From: an uncultured Oscillospiraceae bacterium | Lineage (GTDB): Bacteria > Bacillota > Clostridia > Christensenellales > CAG-138 | Assembly: GCA_964411275.1 (NCBI GenBank) | Contig: CAYPKG010000004.1 | Coordinates: 672 to 64,671 of the forward strand | Reading direction: 5' to 3' | Length of the DNA stretch: 64,000 bases | Shown here: piece by piece, positions 1 to 9,455 of the stretch | Layout: each line of letters opens with the position of its first letter | Numbering within the stretch: the first letter of the stretch is position 1 | Notes under the pieces: model-generated | Told to the model about the DNA's origin: nothing | The model's input: only the letters and a program-made list of their open reading frames with translations | The model's database searches: none | Made by a program: the position numbers and the translations under genes

Positions 1-926
1 AGCCTCTCGCCCCTGAGGTGGAGCTATCGGTTCTCGCCAAGCGAACTCCCGGCTTCACCGGTGCGGATCTTGAAAATGTATTGAACGAGGCTGCCATCCT
101 AACGGCCCGGGTTAACAAAAAGACCATAACAATGACGGAGCTTGAAGAGGCCATCACCAGGGTTGTGGTTGGCCCTGAAAAGAGGAGCCGGGTGATTACC
201 GATAAGGACAGGAAGATTACAGCCGTTCACGAAAGCGGCCATGCTATCGTGGCGTTGAAGCTGACCCATTGTGATCCTGTGCATGAGGTGTCCATCATCC
301 CTCGTGGCATGGCGGGCGGCTATACGATGACATTACCCAAGGAAGACATGATGCACATGACCAAGTCGAAGCTGGAGGATAATATCGCCATGCTCCTGGG
401 CGGCCGGGTGGCGGAAACGGTGCGCCTGGGCGACATCAGCACCGGCGCCTACAACGATTTGCAGCGGGCGACGGATGTGGCGCGTAAGATGGTGGAGGAA
501 TACGGCATGAGCGACGCGGTAGGGCCTGTGTTCCTAGGCGGACAGGCAGAGGTATTTCTTGCCAAGGATTGGGGACACCAGCGCAATTTTTCCGAGGAGC
601 TGGCAAGCCGTATTGACCAGGAAATTCGCCGCATTATCGAAGAACAGTTCAAGCGGGCGAAGGCATGCATCGAAGAGGATATCCCTGGCATCGACCGGGT
701 TGCCGATGCGCTCATCGAACATGAGCGGGTAGACGGCGACGAGTTTGAGCGGATCTACAGGGGCGAGGAAGTGGATTTTTCCAATCGTGATGAGAAGGCT
801 GAAAGAAAGCCCTCTCAGGATTCGTCTAAACTAAAGGAACCTGAAATGAAGTCCGCATTTGAAAATAAAACGGACAGCATGCCAGAGACAGAGCCCGAAA
901 AAGATCCGGAGAAAGAGAGCAATTAA
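1..926 (+). CDS. ftsH: ATP-dependent zinc metalloprotease FtsH, C-terminal part (5' end outside window)
   Basis: ORF is open to the window edge. M41 peptidase domain carries the HExxH zinc motif (VHESGHAIV). Acidic low-complexity tail. Confidence 0.9.
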   Translation, partial: PLAPEVELSVLAKRTPGFTGADLENVLNEAAILTARVNKKTITMTELEEAITRVVVGPEKRSRVITDKDRKITAVHESGHAIVALKLTHCDPVHEVSIIPRGMAGGYTMTLPKEDMMHMTKSKLEDNIAMLLGGRVAETVRLGDISTGAYNDLQRATDVARKMVEEYGMSDAVGPVFLGGQAEVFLAKDWGHQRNFSEELASRIDQEIRRIIEEQFKRAKACIEEDIPGIDRVADALIEHERVDGDEFERIYRGEEVDFSNRDEKAERKPSQDSSKLKEPEMKSAFENKTDSMPETEPEKDPEKESN

Positions 927-1315
927 TGGAACTCTTAATCGGCATGCGGGGGAAAGGCGAGCGGATCGTCACGAATGAAGTCACGGCGGCTGCCTGCGGA
1001 AGCGGGCTGTTGCCCGTGTTCTCCACCCCCAGCCTCGTGGCCCTGATGGAAATGGCTGCCTGCAACGCGATTGAGAAGGCGTTGCCAGAAGAACAAACCT
1101 CCGTTGGCACCCGTATTGACGTCCGGCACGAGTCCGCAACCCCCCTGGGAATGCGGGTTTGGGCAGAAGCCACATTAGCAGCTGTCGACCGGCGGGCGCT
1201 GTCCTTCACGATTGAGGCGTTTGACGAGACTGGCCGCATCGGCTCCGCTACCCATGATCGTTTTATCGTGGACGCCGTCCGGTTTTTGCAGAAGATTGAG
1301 GCAAAAAAACCGTGA
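926..1315 (+). CDS. hotdog-fold thioesterase family protein
   Basis: 129 aa with a sequence pattern typical of small 4HBT/fluoroacetyl-CoA-type thioesterases. Its ATG overlaps the ftsH stop (TAATG). Confidence 0.55.
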   Translation: MELLIGMRGKGERIVTNEVTAAACGSGLLPVFSTPSLVALMEMAACNAIEKALPEEQTSVGTRIDVRHESATPLGMRVWAEATLAAVDRRALSFTIEAFDETGRIGSATHDRFIVDAVRFLQKIEAKKP

Positions 1316-2151
1316 TCCGATACGATTTACATTGTCACAGCAATATGTCTGATGGAACCGATACGCCCCGCGAGGTGGTGCGAAGAGCATCCCGTGCGGG
1401 GCTTTCCATGCTTGCCTTGACCGACCACGACACGATGGCCGGGGTGGAGGAGGCCATGGATGAGGCGAAGGCTGAGGGGCTGTTGTTGCTGCCTGCTGTA
1501 GAGCTGGATCATGAGTGGCAAGAGGAATTGCACATACTGGGTCTGGATGTCAACCCGCACCACCCCGGATTGCAAGCAGGGCTGGCCCTTGCCAAAGAAC
1601 GGCGTGACCGCCGCAACATAGAAATCATCAGTCGTCTGGAGAACGCGGGATATGCTATCGGAGATGCGGCGGAACTTTCCGGCGGTCAGGCGGTCAGTGT
1701 TTCCAGGCTGCATATCGCGTTGGCGTTGGTGCGGCGGGGGTATGCAAGGTCTCTGAGCGACGCGTTTCATACGTTCCTCAGCCCCGGCAAGCCGGGCTAT
1801 TATCGGGAAAGAAGGTTCAAACCAGAGGAAAGCATTGCTTTGATCCGCCAGGCGGGCGGTGTGCCAGTACTGGCGCATCCCTGTCATCTAAGGCTCGACG
1901 TACATAAGAGCGTACGGTCGCTCAAGGACATGGGTCTCATGGGCATCGAGGCATATTACACGTCGTCCACATTGGGCGAGACAGAGCTTTTTGTTAGCCT
2001 TGCGCGGCAGAATAAGCTCTTGATCACCTGTGGCAGCGACTATCACGGACAAAACCGCGCAGGTGCACCCATTGGTTGTGCGTGGCGGGATGTGGAATGC
2101 TTGGCGCAAACGGCGGAAATATTTTTTGTCCGTCATGGACGCTCCTTTTGA
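1312..2151 (+). CDS. PHP-domain metal-dependent phosphoesterase (TrpH/YciV-like)
   Basis: N-terminal DLHCHSnmSDG PHP signature and later HP..H motifs. GTG start overlaps the upstream stop (GTGA). Confidence 0.8.
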   Translation: MIRYDLHCHSNMSDGTDTPREVVRRASRAGLSMLALTDHDTMAGVEEAMDEAKAEGLLLLPAVELDHEWQEELHILGLDVNPHHPGLQAGLALAKERRDRRNIEIISRLENAGYAIGDAAELSGGQAVSVSRLHIALALVRRGYARSLSDAFHTFLSPGKPGYYRERRFKPEESIALIRQAGGVPVLAHPCHLRLDVHKSVRSLKDMGLMGIEAYYTSSTLGETELFVSLARQNKLLITCGSDYHGQNRAGAPIGCAWRDVECLAQTAEIFFVRHGRSF

Positions 2152-2185
2152 TATAAGCTGTACTTATTCTGTCGTTTTGTGCATG

Positions 2186-2214
2186 TTGATTGTCTAATGG
2201 AGCTCTGCTATAAT
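2186..2214 (+). promoter_or_regulatory. sigma-A-type promoter upstream of prs
   Basis: TTGATT (2186-2191), 17-nt spacer, TATAAT (2209-2214), about 68 nt before the prs ATG. Confidence 0.6.
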
Positions 2215-2281
2215 AATGCTGTGTGTGGACAAGCACAAATATGAAAATGATGATCGATCAAGAAAGGTGAAGTGGACGAAT

Positions 2282-3289
2282 ATGCTTGGGGGAACGATCA
2301 AAATCTTTGCCGGAAAAAGCGGAATACCCTTTGCCAGAAGGATGTGTGCGTATTTGGGCGCACAGTTGGGAGACGCGGAAACCATTATATTTTCTGAGGG
2401 AAATATATTTGTAAGGGTGAATGAGAGCATTCGCGATAAGGACGTATATATTGTCCAGCCCATCGGACGGGACCCGAACAACGAATTTGTGGAACTTCTT
2501 TTCTGGATCGACGCCTTCAAGCGCGCAAGCGCCAACAGTGTGACAGCCATTATCCCCTATTTCAGCTATGCAAAAGGCGATAAAAAGGACGAACCCCGTG
2601 TTTCCATACGCGCAAGAGTCTGCGCTGAGTGCATCGAGCTATCGGGTGCGGACCGGGTGATTACAATGGATCTGCATAGCCCGCAGGTGCAGGGCTTCTT
2701 TAAAAAACCGGTGGATCATCTATATGCCCAGTCACTGCTTTGCGAGTATGTGAAACGGGCAGGCCTTGTGGACGACGACCTTGTGGTGGTTTCCCCAGAC
2801 GCGGGCTTTGCAAAGCGCGCCAGAGGATATGCCACAGAGCTGGGCCGTCCGGTTTCCATTGGTGACAAGACCCGCTTAGGTCACGATGAAAACGCCAAGA
2901 TATTGGAGATCATCGGTGAAGTAAAGGACAAAAACTGCCTGATCGTGGACGATTTCTCCATCTCCGGCGGAACCCTCATCGATGTGGCGCATGGATTAAA
3001 GGATAAGGGCGCGAAACGGATTTTTGCAGCGCTCTCCCATAATGTTTTGAGCGAAAAAGGCATTCGCCGCATTCACGAAAGCCCCATCGAAATGCTGATC
3101 TCCACTGATACCGTGCAGTGCCCGGAAGCGAAGCTGTCAAATAAGATCCGTATCATTTCTGCGGCGCCCATGTTTGCCCAGGCTGTAAAAATCATCCACG
3201 CCAGGGAGCCCATGAGCTCCATGTTCGCGCGGGATTATTCTGAGCATATGGTGGATATGAGCTTTGCAGAGCAGATCACAATGCTGTAA
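2282..3289 (+). CDS. prs: ribose-phosphate pyrophosphokinase (PRPP synthetase)
   Basis: MLGGTIKIFAGKSG N-terminus and the PRPP-binding loop DDFSISGGT. Start moved to the ATG at 2282 (AAGGTGA upstream); the ORF track starts at 2216. Confidence 0.9.
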   Translation: MLGGTIKIFAGKSGIPFARRMCAYLGAQLGDAETIIFSEGNIFVRVNESIRDKDVYIVQPIGRDPNNEFVELLFWIDAFKRASANSVTAIIPYFSYAKGDKKDEPRVSIRARVCAECIELSGADRVITMDLHSPQVQGFFKKPVDHLYAQSLLCEYVKRAGLVDDDLVVVSPDAGFAKRARGYATELGRPVSIGDKTRLGHDENAKILEIIGEVKDKNCLIVDDFSISGGTLIDVAHGLKDKGAKRIFAALSHNVLSEKGIRRIHESPIEMLISTDTVQCPEAKLSNKIRIISAAPMFAQAVKIIHAREPMSSMFARDYSEHMVDMSFAEQITML

Positions 3290-3305
3290 AGAGTAAGGTT
3301 TTATA

Positions 3306-3342
3306 CAGCCCTTTCCCTTAATGATGGGGAAGGGCTGTTTTT
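3306..3342. terminator. rho-independent terminator between convergent prs and flavodoxin genes
   Basis: CAGCCCTTTCCC / GGGGAAGGGCTG stem followed by TTTTT on the plus strand. Confidence 0.75.
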
Positions 3343-3371
3343 ATGTAGAAGGGGAAGGCTGTCCTGATTTT

Positions 3372-3806
3372 TCATTGCATGGTGGCAAGTGTATTGCCCA
3401 ATTGATTGCACGCGGTAATTGCGTCCTGATCCGGCGCCTCGTTGCAGATAACGCCAGCATCGCCGCAGAGGACGGCGCCGGCGGATCGAACCCGCTCTTC
3501 CCAGTCCCGCATCCATTGTCCGTCGCCCCAGCCGTAAGAGCCAAACAGAGCCACTTTTTTTCCCGTCAGTTTTTTCTCCACTTCCGCGAAAAACGGTTCC
3601 ATTACGATGTCCTCCAGCTCCTCCCCACCCATGCTGGGGCAGCCAAACGCGATGCGTGTATACTTGTCAGCATGCTCTGCCCTGATATCACCGGCTTCCT
3701 TCAATTGCACATCAGCGCCTGATGACGTTGCGCCGTCTGCCACGGCTTGTGCCATTTGTTCCGTATTGCCTGTTCCTGACCAGTAAACCACTAAAACCTG
3801 TTCCAT
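3372..3806 (-). CDS. flavodoxin (short-chain)
   Basis: VVYWSGTGNTE FMN phosphate-binding loop; 144 aa. ATG overlaps the stop of the upstream DUF3793 reading frame (TAATG). Confidence 0.9.
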   Translation of the reverse strand: MEQVLVVYWSGTGNTEQMAQAVADGATSSGADVQLKEAGDIRAEHADKYTRIAFGCPSMGGEELEDIVMEPFFAEVEKKLTGKKVALFGSYGWGDGQWMRDWEERVRSAGAVLCGDAGVICNEAPDQDAITACNQLGNTLATMQ

Positions 3807-4434
3807 TATGCCGTTCCTCCATATTTGATATTTTGTATTTGTTCCCCTAAAAGTACGCGTTCACAATAAAAGCGGCGGACGTTGGCATATATGCGAAATT
3901 GCTTCGCCGCTTCCGTGGGGTTTTCGTATACCTTCCAGCAGCCGCACAAGCAGAAATTCCTGCCGTTGTTCTCGATAAACCCCAGCACGTCGGCGGCGGG
4001 ATAGCCGAGAAATACCCCGATCTCGTGAGGAAATCCTCCGGACTGCACCATGCGCTTGCAAGCCACAAGAAAAGCGCGCCAAGTCCGCTGCTTTCAGCAT
4101 ACCCAAACTGGCGGAGGATGCACCGGTTTTCCTGTATCGATAAGTGCCGAAGCATCATATCCCGCCTATATACCAGCAGGCAAATCCGCCCGCCACAGTC
4201 CGTGAGCTTCTGAAAATGAATTTGCCGCAGTGCGAACACCCGCGCGCACCGGCTTAGTTCCAAGCACAGTTCGTTCCAGCCGGACTTGGACAGGCAAATG
4301 AGGTTTGCGATCTTGACGCCCGCCAATACAGGCGCGCAATGGAAGGCCAGTGCATAATCAAACCCGGTCTTGCAGTCATCGACGCGCATTGACGGATGCT
4401 TCTTGATATGTTCAATCAAAAATCCATTTGGCAT
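3806..4434 (-). pseudogene. DUF3793 family gene split by a frameshift (or assembly indel)
   Basis: The N-terminal part (ATG 4434, AGGAGG RBS; ...HCAPVLAGVKIANL...) runs in one frame. The conserved C-terminal part (GGFPHEIGVFLGYP...CWKVY) runs in another frame that is open only below 4093. The shift must lie at about 4045-4093, near the A/T-rich run at 4067-4074. Confidence 0.65.
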
Positions 4435-4487
4435 GGGGCAAACCTCCTTGCCTTTTATCATGTGCCGGGAGCAAAGTGGGTATGCGA

Positions 4488-4515
4488 TTATTAGCGATAG
4501 CTAACTAAACTTCAA
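4488..4515 (-). promoter_or_regulatory. candidate promoter of the DUF3793-flavodoxin unit
   Basis: Minus strand TTGAAG, 16-nt spacer, TAATAA, in the AT-rich spacer upstream of 4434. Confidence 0.3.
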
Positions 4516-4727
4516 AAAAACAGACATGGAAAAATACCGGGATAGGGGCAGGGAATACAGCCGGAATTATATAAAATGGCTTCCAGGTAACGGCAAAAAC
4601 AATGAAGCATAACAAACCCGCCGCAATATGGATGGTAATATATCCCAGCAGCGGGTAAAGGTATATTGCGAAGAAAAGATTTCAGTAACAATGGATAGAC
4701 ATTTTGGTTATAGCCGATGAAAAAAAC

Positions 4728-5234
4728 TTACGTTACAACTGCATATATGCAGCTGTCCATCCATTCACCGTTTTTATACACGCTTTTTTTCTTTATTCCC
4801 TCAAGCATAAAAGCGTTCTTTTCCAGCACCCGGCGGGAGCCGATGTTGGGGGCAAACACATCCGCAAAAATCCGGACAATATCATAATGTAAAAAACCAA
4901 TTTCAACCATCTGCGCCACTGCTTGAGATACAATGCCCTGTCCCCAATATGCCTGCCCCAGCCAATAACCGATCTCCGCGCTTTTTCGATACACGTCCTG
5001 TCCAAGGATTAAGCTTACGCAGCCCACAGCCGCGCCGTCCACCACGATGGCGCGGGTACATTGCATGTCCTCGCCCATATCCAGCACGGACTCAATAAAG
5101 CCCTCGGCGTCTTGAAGCGTATAGGGATGGGGGAACGCGTCCCGGAGGTTTTTCGACAAGGAATAATTGTCCGCGTGCCTGGCGATGCTCGGCGCATCCG
5201 CTATTGTGAGAGGCCGCAGTAAAAACCCGCTCAT
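4728..5234 (-). CDS. GNAT family N-acetyltransferase (RimJ/RimL-like)
   Basis: IGYWLGQAYWGQG acetyl-CoA-binding region. The likely start ATG at 5234 overlaps the pyrE TGA (ATGA). Confidence 0.8.
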   Translation of the reverse strand: MSGFLLRPLTIADAPSIARHADNYSLSKNLRDAFPHPYTLQDAEGFIESVLDMGEDMQCTRAIVVDGAAVGCVSLILGQDVYRKSAEIGYWLGQAYWGQGIVSQAVAQMVEIGFLHYDIVRIFADVFAPNIGSRRVLEKNAFMLEGIKKKSVYKNGEWMDSCIYAVVT

Positions 5235-5809
5235 AGCGCTTTTATATCCCGGCTGCCGGGCTTGACCAGTGGAAGTGTTCCTTCCCGGCACAGGGAGCAG
5301 TCTTCGGGAGCGTAAACGTCAAAATACACCTTCAGGGCACTGTAGATGGGCATCGGGATGGCGCAGTCCACGCCGCTTCGATCCACCACACAGGCCACGC
5401 CCATGACGGTTGCGCCCATGGCCTCAAGCGCGCGGGCGGTTTCCATGGTGGATTTGCCGGTGGTGACTACGTCCTCGGCAATAAGGATATTGTCCCCGGG
5501 GCCCACGGAGAACCCGCGCCGAAGTTGCATTTGGCCATCCTTGCGCTCTGTAAAAATGCTTTCTTTGCCCAGCTGCCGCGCCAGTTCATAGGAAACCACA
5601 ATGCCGCCCATGGCAGGGCCGCAAACCTTTGTGATGGGCAGTCCCTTCACCTGCTCGGCCACAATGCTCAACACCTCGGCTGCCTTATCAGGATAGCGCA
5701 ACAGCTTTGCGCACTGGCAATAGCCGCCGCTGTGCTTGCCGGAAGACAAAAGAAAATGTCCTTCCAGAACGGCTTCGGCCTGTTTCATGATATCGAGTAC
5801 ATTTTTCAT
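5231..5809 (-). CDS. pyrE: orotate phosphoribosyltransferase
   Basis: PRTase motif ILIAEDVVTTGKS; 192 aa; lies in the pyr operon. Confidence 0.9.
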   Translation of the reverse strand: MKNVLDIMKQAEAVLEGHFLLSSGKHSGGYCQCAKLLRYPDKAAEVLSIVAEQVKGLPITKVCGPAMGGIVVSYELARQLGKESIFTERKDGQMQLRRGFSVGPGDNILIAEDVVTTGKSTMETARALEAMGATVMGVACVVDRSGVDCAIPMPIYSALKVYFDVYAPEDCSLCREGTLPLVKPGSRDIKAL

Positions 5810-5825
5810 ATGATGACCTCCTTAT

Positions 5826-6734
5826 TTATACGATCCCGACAATCTCTTGGATATTTGAAATGCCTTCCCGGGCGCAGTAGTGGGCAAGCCCTGCGATGAT
5901 ATCGCACATCACTCCCGGATTGGCGAATGTCATCGCGCCTACCTGTATGGCGGAAGCCCCAGCCATCAGCATACTCAGCGCGCTGTCCGTGTCATGAATG
6001 CCGCCCATACCCACCACGGGGATAGACACCGCGTGCGCTACCTGATGCACCATTCGCAGCGCGATGGGGAATATGGCAGGGCCGGACACCCCAGCATATA
6101 CATTTTCAAATACCGGCCGCTTATTGTTTACATCGATGGCCATGCCCAGATAAGTGTTGACGAGGCTGATGCCATCTGCGCCCGCTTCCTCACAGGCACG
6201 GGCTACGCCAATGAGATCTGGGGCGTTTGGTGAAAGCTTGACAAGAAGCGGAAAACTCGTTACATTTTTCACCGCCCGGGTGATTTGAGCCGCCATTTTA
6301 GGCTCCATGCCGAACGCCATGCCCCCGGCTTTCACGTTGGGACAGGAAATATTGAGCTCCAATATGTCCATGTCCGCCGCATTTAATAGCATTGCGCCGG
6401 TGACATAATCCTCATGGCTATGGCCACCCAGGTTCGCGATCACCGCCGGGCCGTGAAATGCGCGCATGCGCTCACATTCTACCTTTACAAAATGCCGCAC
6501 GCCAGGGTTCTCAAGGCCGATGCTGTTTAGCATTCCAGCAGGGGTTTCGTGAATTCTGCGCCCGGAATTGCCAGAGCTGCCATTGAGCGTCAGGCCTTTT
6601 CCACTGATGCCGCCCAGCTGGGATACATCGAAATAGTCCTGATATTCCTGCCCGAAGCCAAACGTGCCGGAGGCCGCAATCACAGGATTTTGCAGCGTTA
6701 CGCCCATCAAATTGGTCAAAAGGGGGTTAGACAT
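5826..6734 (-). CDS. pyrD: dihydroorotate dehydrogenase B, catalytic subunit
   Basis: Class 1B DHOD pattern (NPVIAASGTFGFG, LELNISCPN); follows pyrK. Confidence 0.9.
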   Translation of the reverse strand: MSNPLLTNLMGVTLQNPVIAASGTFGFGQEYQDYFDVSQLGGISGKGLTLNGSSGNSGRRIHETPAGMLNSIGLENPGVRHFVKVECERMRAFHGPAVIANLGGHSHEDYVTGAMLLNAADMDILELNISCPNVKAGGMAFGMEPKMAAQITRAVKNVTSFPLLVKLSPNAPDLIGVARACEEAGADGISLVNTYLGMAIDVNNKRPVFENVYAGVSGPAIFPIALRMVHQVAHAVSIPVVGMGGIHDTDSALSMLMAGASAIQVGAMTFANPGVMCDIIAGLAHYCAREGISNIQEIVGIV

Positions 6735-7455
6735 CCAAAAAAACCTCCCCGCTCAAAAATACCGGGCCATCCTTGCAAATCCGCTGATTGCCGCCACCCG
6801 TTTTGCAGGTGCAGCCAAGACACGCGCCCACGCCGCAGGCCATCCGCTCTTCCAGCGAGACATACAGCGTCGCGTTTTTTGCCTTCGCGCGGCTAGCCGC
6901 TGTGCGCATCATGGGCGTCGGCCCACAGGCATAGTATGTTCGGCCAATCGGCTGAAAGTCAACATCATCCGTGACAAAGCCGCCGATATTCAAAACGAGC
7001 TCATCGCACACCGCCTCGTAATTTGTTTGCAGGGCGGGCCGCTCCCGAAAGCCCAAATGGATGCGGATGTGCCGCCCAGGCTCTTGTTTCTTCAGCGCCT
7101 TTGCTAAGAGGTACAAAGGCGCGATGCCAACGCCGCCGCCGATTAATGTGGCGTCACCGGGGGCTATGGGAAACCCGTTTCCCATGGGCCCCTGTATGAA
7201 AACACCCTGTCCTTGCCGCAATTGCGTGAGAAGCTTTGTTCCCTTTCCCACAGGCTGATACAGCAGGGACACAACCCCATTCTCCCAGTCAAACACGCTG
7301 ATGGGCCGCCCCAGCAGGGGATCAAGCTGTCCCGCCAAGCGCAGCATGACGAACTGCCCCGGCAGGCAGGGGGTGGGGAAGGGGAGGCGCATCAGGTAAA
7401 AGCCGCCCTCTGCCAGCCCATTTTCCAGTATTGCCGCCGTCGTTATTACAGCCAT
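6727..7455 (-). CDS. pyrK: dihydroorotate dehydrogenase electron-transfer subunit
   Basis: FAD/NAD-binding fold plus a C-terminal 2Fe-2S motif (CGVGACLGCTC). Overlaps pyrD by 8 nt. Confidence 0.9.
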   Translation of the reverse strand: MAVITTAAILENGLAEGGFYLMRLPFPTPCLPGQFVMLRLAGQLDPLLGRPISVFDWENGVVSLLYQPVGKGTKLLTQLRQGQGVFIQGPMGNGFPIAPGDATLIGGGVGIAPLYLLAKALKKQEPGRHIRIHLGFRERPALQTNYEAVCDELVLNIGGFVTDDVDFQPIGRTYYACGPTPMMRTAASRAKAKNATLYVSLEERMACGVGACLGCTCKTGGGNQRICKDGPVFLSGEVFLDV

Positions 7456-8306
7456 TGTTTGATGTCCTCGTTCATAGTAAGCACCGCCTGGCGGACATGC
7501 TCCACAAAATCCCCTCCCTCAGTCTTGCCCCGGTGCGCGCCGATGATCCCCCGGGAGGAATTGACAACGCCGCACATACCGTCTTTGAATATTTCGGCAA
7601 TGTCCTTTCCGGTGCCGCCCTGCGCGCCATAGCCTGGGATCAGGAAGAATGTGTTGGGCATCATAGGCCGAAGCGCCGCGAACTGTGCGGGGTACGTTAA
7701 CCCGGCCACCGCACCGATAGCGCCGTATTGGCCGTTGCCTACGAACTTGCTGTTCCACTGCGCCACAAGCCTTCCCATTCGCTCATACACGGTGTAGCCG
7801 CCGTCTTTTAGTTTTTGATCCTGGAGTTCCACGCCAGAAGGGTTGCTTGTTTTCACAAGCACAAACATGCCCTTTTCATGATCCCGCAGGAATTCATAAT
7901 ATGGAGAAACTGCGTCCTCGCCCATATAGGCGTTTACGGTGATGATATCCGTTTCAAAGTCCCCGGTAAAATGTCCGGCAGCATACTGCTTCGCGGTGGA
8001 AGCGATATCACCCCGCTTGATGTCTGAAATGGCGATGGCGCCCTTGCTCCTGATGTATTTTAAGGTTTTCGCAAAGCAGGAAAGCCCCATCAGCCCCAAT
8101 GCTTCGTAACAGGCGATTTGCACCTTAAAGCAGGCCGCCTCGCTGATGGTGGCGTCCACGATTTTTTTGTTAAACTCAAATATCTTTTCGCCCATGTCCC
8201 AATCTTTTTGCTTCAGGTAGCCGGGCAAGAAATCATACTGGGTATCCAGCCCCACGCACACGGGGCCTTTCTTAGTGACCTCAGCGTATAAACGATCCAT
8301 GATCAT
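7446..8306 (-). CDS. pyrF: orotidine 5'-phosphate decarboxylase (long type 2 form)
   Basis: 286 aa, with DIKRGDI and PGYGAQGG motifs. Confidence 0.85.
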   Translation of the reverse strand: MIMDRLYAEVTKKGPVCVGLDTQYDFLPGYLKQKDWDMGEKIFEFNKKIVDATISEAACFKVQIACYEALGLMGLSCFAKTLKYIRSKGAIAISDIKRGDIASTAKQYAAGHFTGDFETDIITVNAYMGEDAVSPYYEFLRDHEKGMFVLVKTSNPSGVELQDQKLKDGGYTVYERMGRLVAQWNSKFVGNGQYGAIGAVAGLTYPAQFAALRPMMPNTFFLIPGYGAQGGTGKDIAEIFKDGMCGVVNSSRGIIGAHRGKTEGGDFVEHVRQAVLTMNEDIKQWL

Positions 8307-9450
8307 AGCGCATTTCTCCTCCTACAATCGTAGTCATAACTTTTCCCAACAGCGGATGGCCCGCAAACGGCGTGTTGTGGGAACGGGAAACCATTGCATC
8401 CGGGTCCACGGACCACTCGCGCGCCAAATCGATCATGGCGAGATCCGCAGGATATCCCTCTTTGAGCCGTCCCGCGTGCAGGCCCAGCAGTTTCGCGGGA
8501 TTTAAGCTTGTCATTTGCGCAAACCGGGTCATGGGGATGCCATATTCCCGAAACACCCAAAGGTACGCGCCCATTGCGTATTCAATATTGGATATCCCCG
8601 CCATGCCCGCTGCCTTGTCTTTCGGTGTGTGTGGCGCATGGTCGGTAGCAAGGCAGTCCGCCGTGCCGTCGTGTATGGCGGCGATGAGCGCATCCACGTC
8701 AAAACGGGTTCGTAGCGGTGGATTGACAGGGTATGCGCTGTCATAGCCGATCAGGTGATGGGGGGTGATCTCACAGGTAACCCGGGTGCCTGCCGCCTTG
8801 GCCTTTCGTATCATCTCCACGGTTTCTCTGTGGCTGATGTGCCCCACGTGGAGATTGCCGCCGACATTTTTGACAAGGGCCAGATCGCGGGCAACGATGC
8901 TCCGCTCCGGCTGGCAGTGGGTGGAGATGATAAACCCATTTTCGGAAGAAGCAATCAGTAGCTGTTCCATGAACGACTGTGAGGTGATGGTCTTCCCATC
9001 GTTGGTAATCATAGGTGTGACCCTAGAAAGCTTAGTCCAATCGGTAGGCTCCAGGTCATCAAGGTTTTTGCCGGCGGCGGCCGCCTGGATAAGATGGCAA
9101 ATCCCCAGCTTCATCGCCTTGTTTTGGTTGGCCTGCACAAGGGCCACAGTTTCCATGACCGGGCTTGTATTCGCCATGGCGCACAGCGTGACGTATCCTC
9201 CCGAAAGCGCCGCGCGCATGCCCGTTTCCATGGTTTCCTTCTGCGGGTATCCGGGGTCGCGCAGATGACAGTGCAAATCGATAAATCCAGGAAACACGCT
9301 GAGCCCAGCGAGATCCACAATCCGGTCAAAGGGCAGCCCGGGATCGGTTTGTCCAGCGTAGCGGATATTGCTTCCTTCGGTATATAGAACGCCCGTATAG
9401 TCGCATTTCGCGTCGATCAGGCGGCCATTGACATACTTGACGGTTTCCAT
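8281..9450 (-). CDS. pyrC: dihydroorotase
   Basis: DLHCHLRDPG metal-binding motif and a late TDHAPH motif. Start set to the ATG at 9450 (METVKYVNG); the ORF track starts at 9489. Confidence 0.9.
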   Translation of the reverse strand: METVKYVNGRLIDAKCDYTGVLYTEGSNIRYAGQTDPGLPFDRIVDLAGLSVFPGFIDLHCHLRDPGYPQKETMETGMRAALSGGYVTLCAMANTSPVMETVALVQANQNKAMKLGICHLIQAAAAGKNLDDLEPTDWTKLSRVTPMITNDGKTITSQSFMEQLLIASSENGFIISTHCQPERSIVARDLALVKNVGGNLHVGHISHRETVEMIRKAKAAGTRVTCEITPHHLIGYDSAYPVNPPLRTRFDVDALIAAIHDGTADCLATDHAPHTPKDKAAGMAGISNIEYAMGAYLWVFREYGIPMTRFAQMTSLNPAKLLGLHAGRLKEGYPADLAMIDLAREWSVDPDAMVSRSHNTPFAGHPLLGKVMTTIVGGEMRYDHGSFIR

Positions 9451-9455
9451 ATTGC

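Noticed and set aside
4505-4702. Hydrophobic two-helix-like reading frame on the minus strand (MSIHCY*NLFFAIYLYPLLGYITIHIAAGLLCFIVFAVTWKPFYIIPAVFPAPIPVFFHVCFFEV) in the AT-rich spacer after the GNAT gene.
   Set aside because: It is interrupted by an in-frame TGA after codon 6. It has no SD and no good internal start. The hydrophobic look is expected from a T-rich strand. It is most likely promoter or spacer DNA, or at best a decayed small gene.
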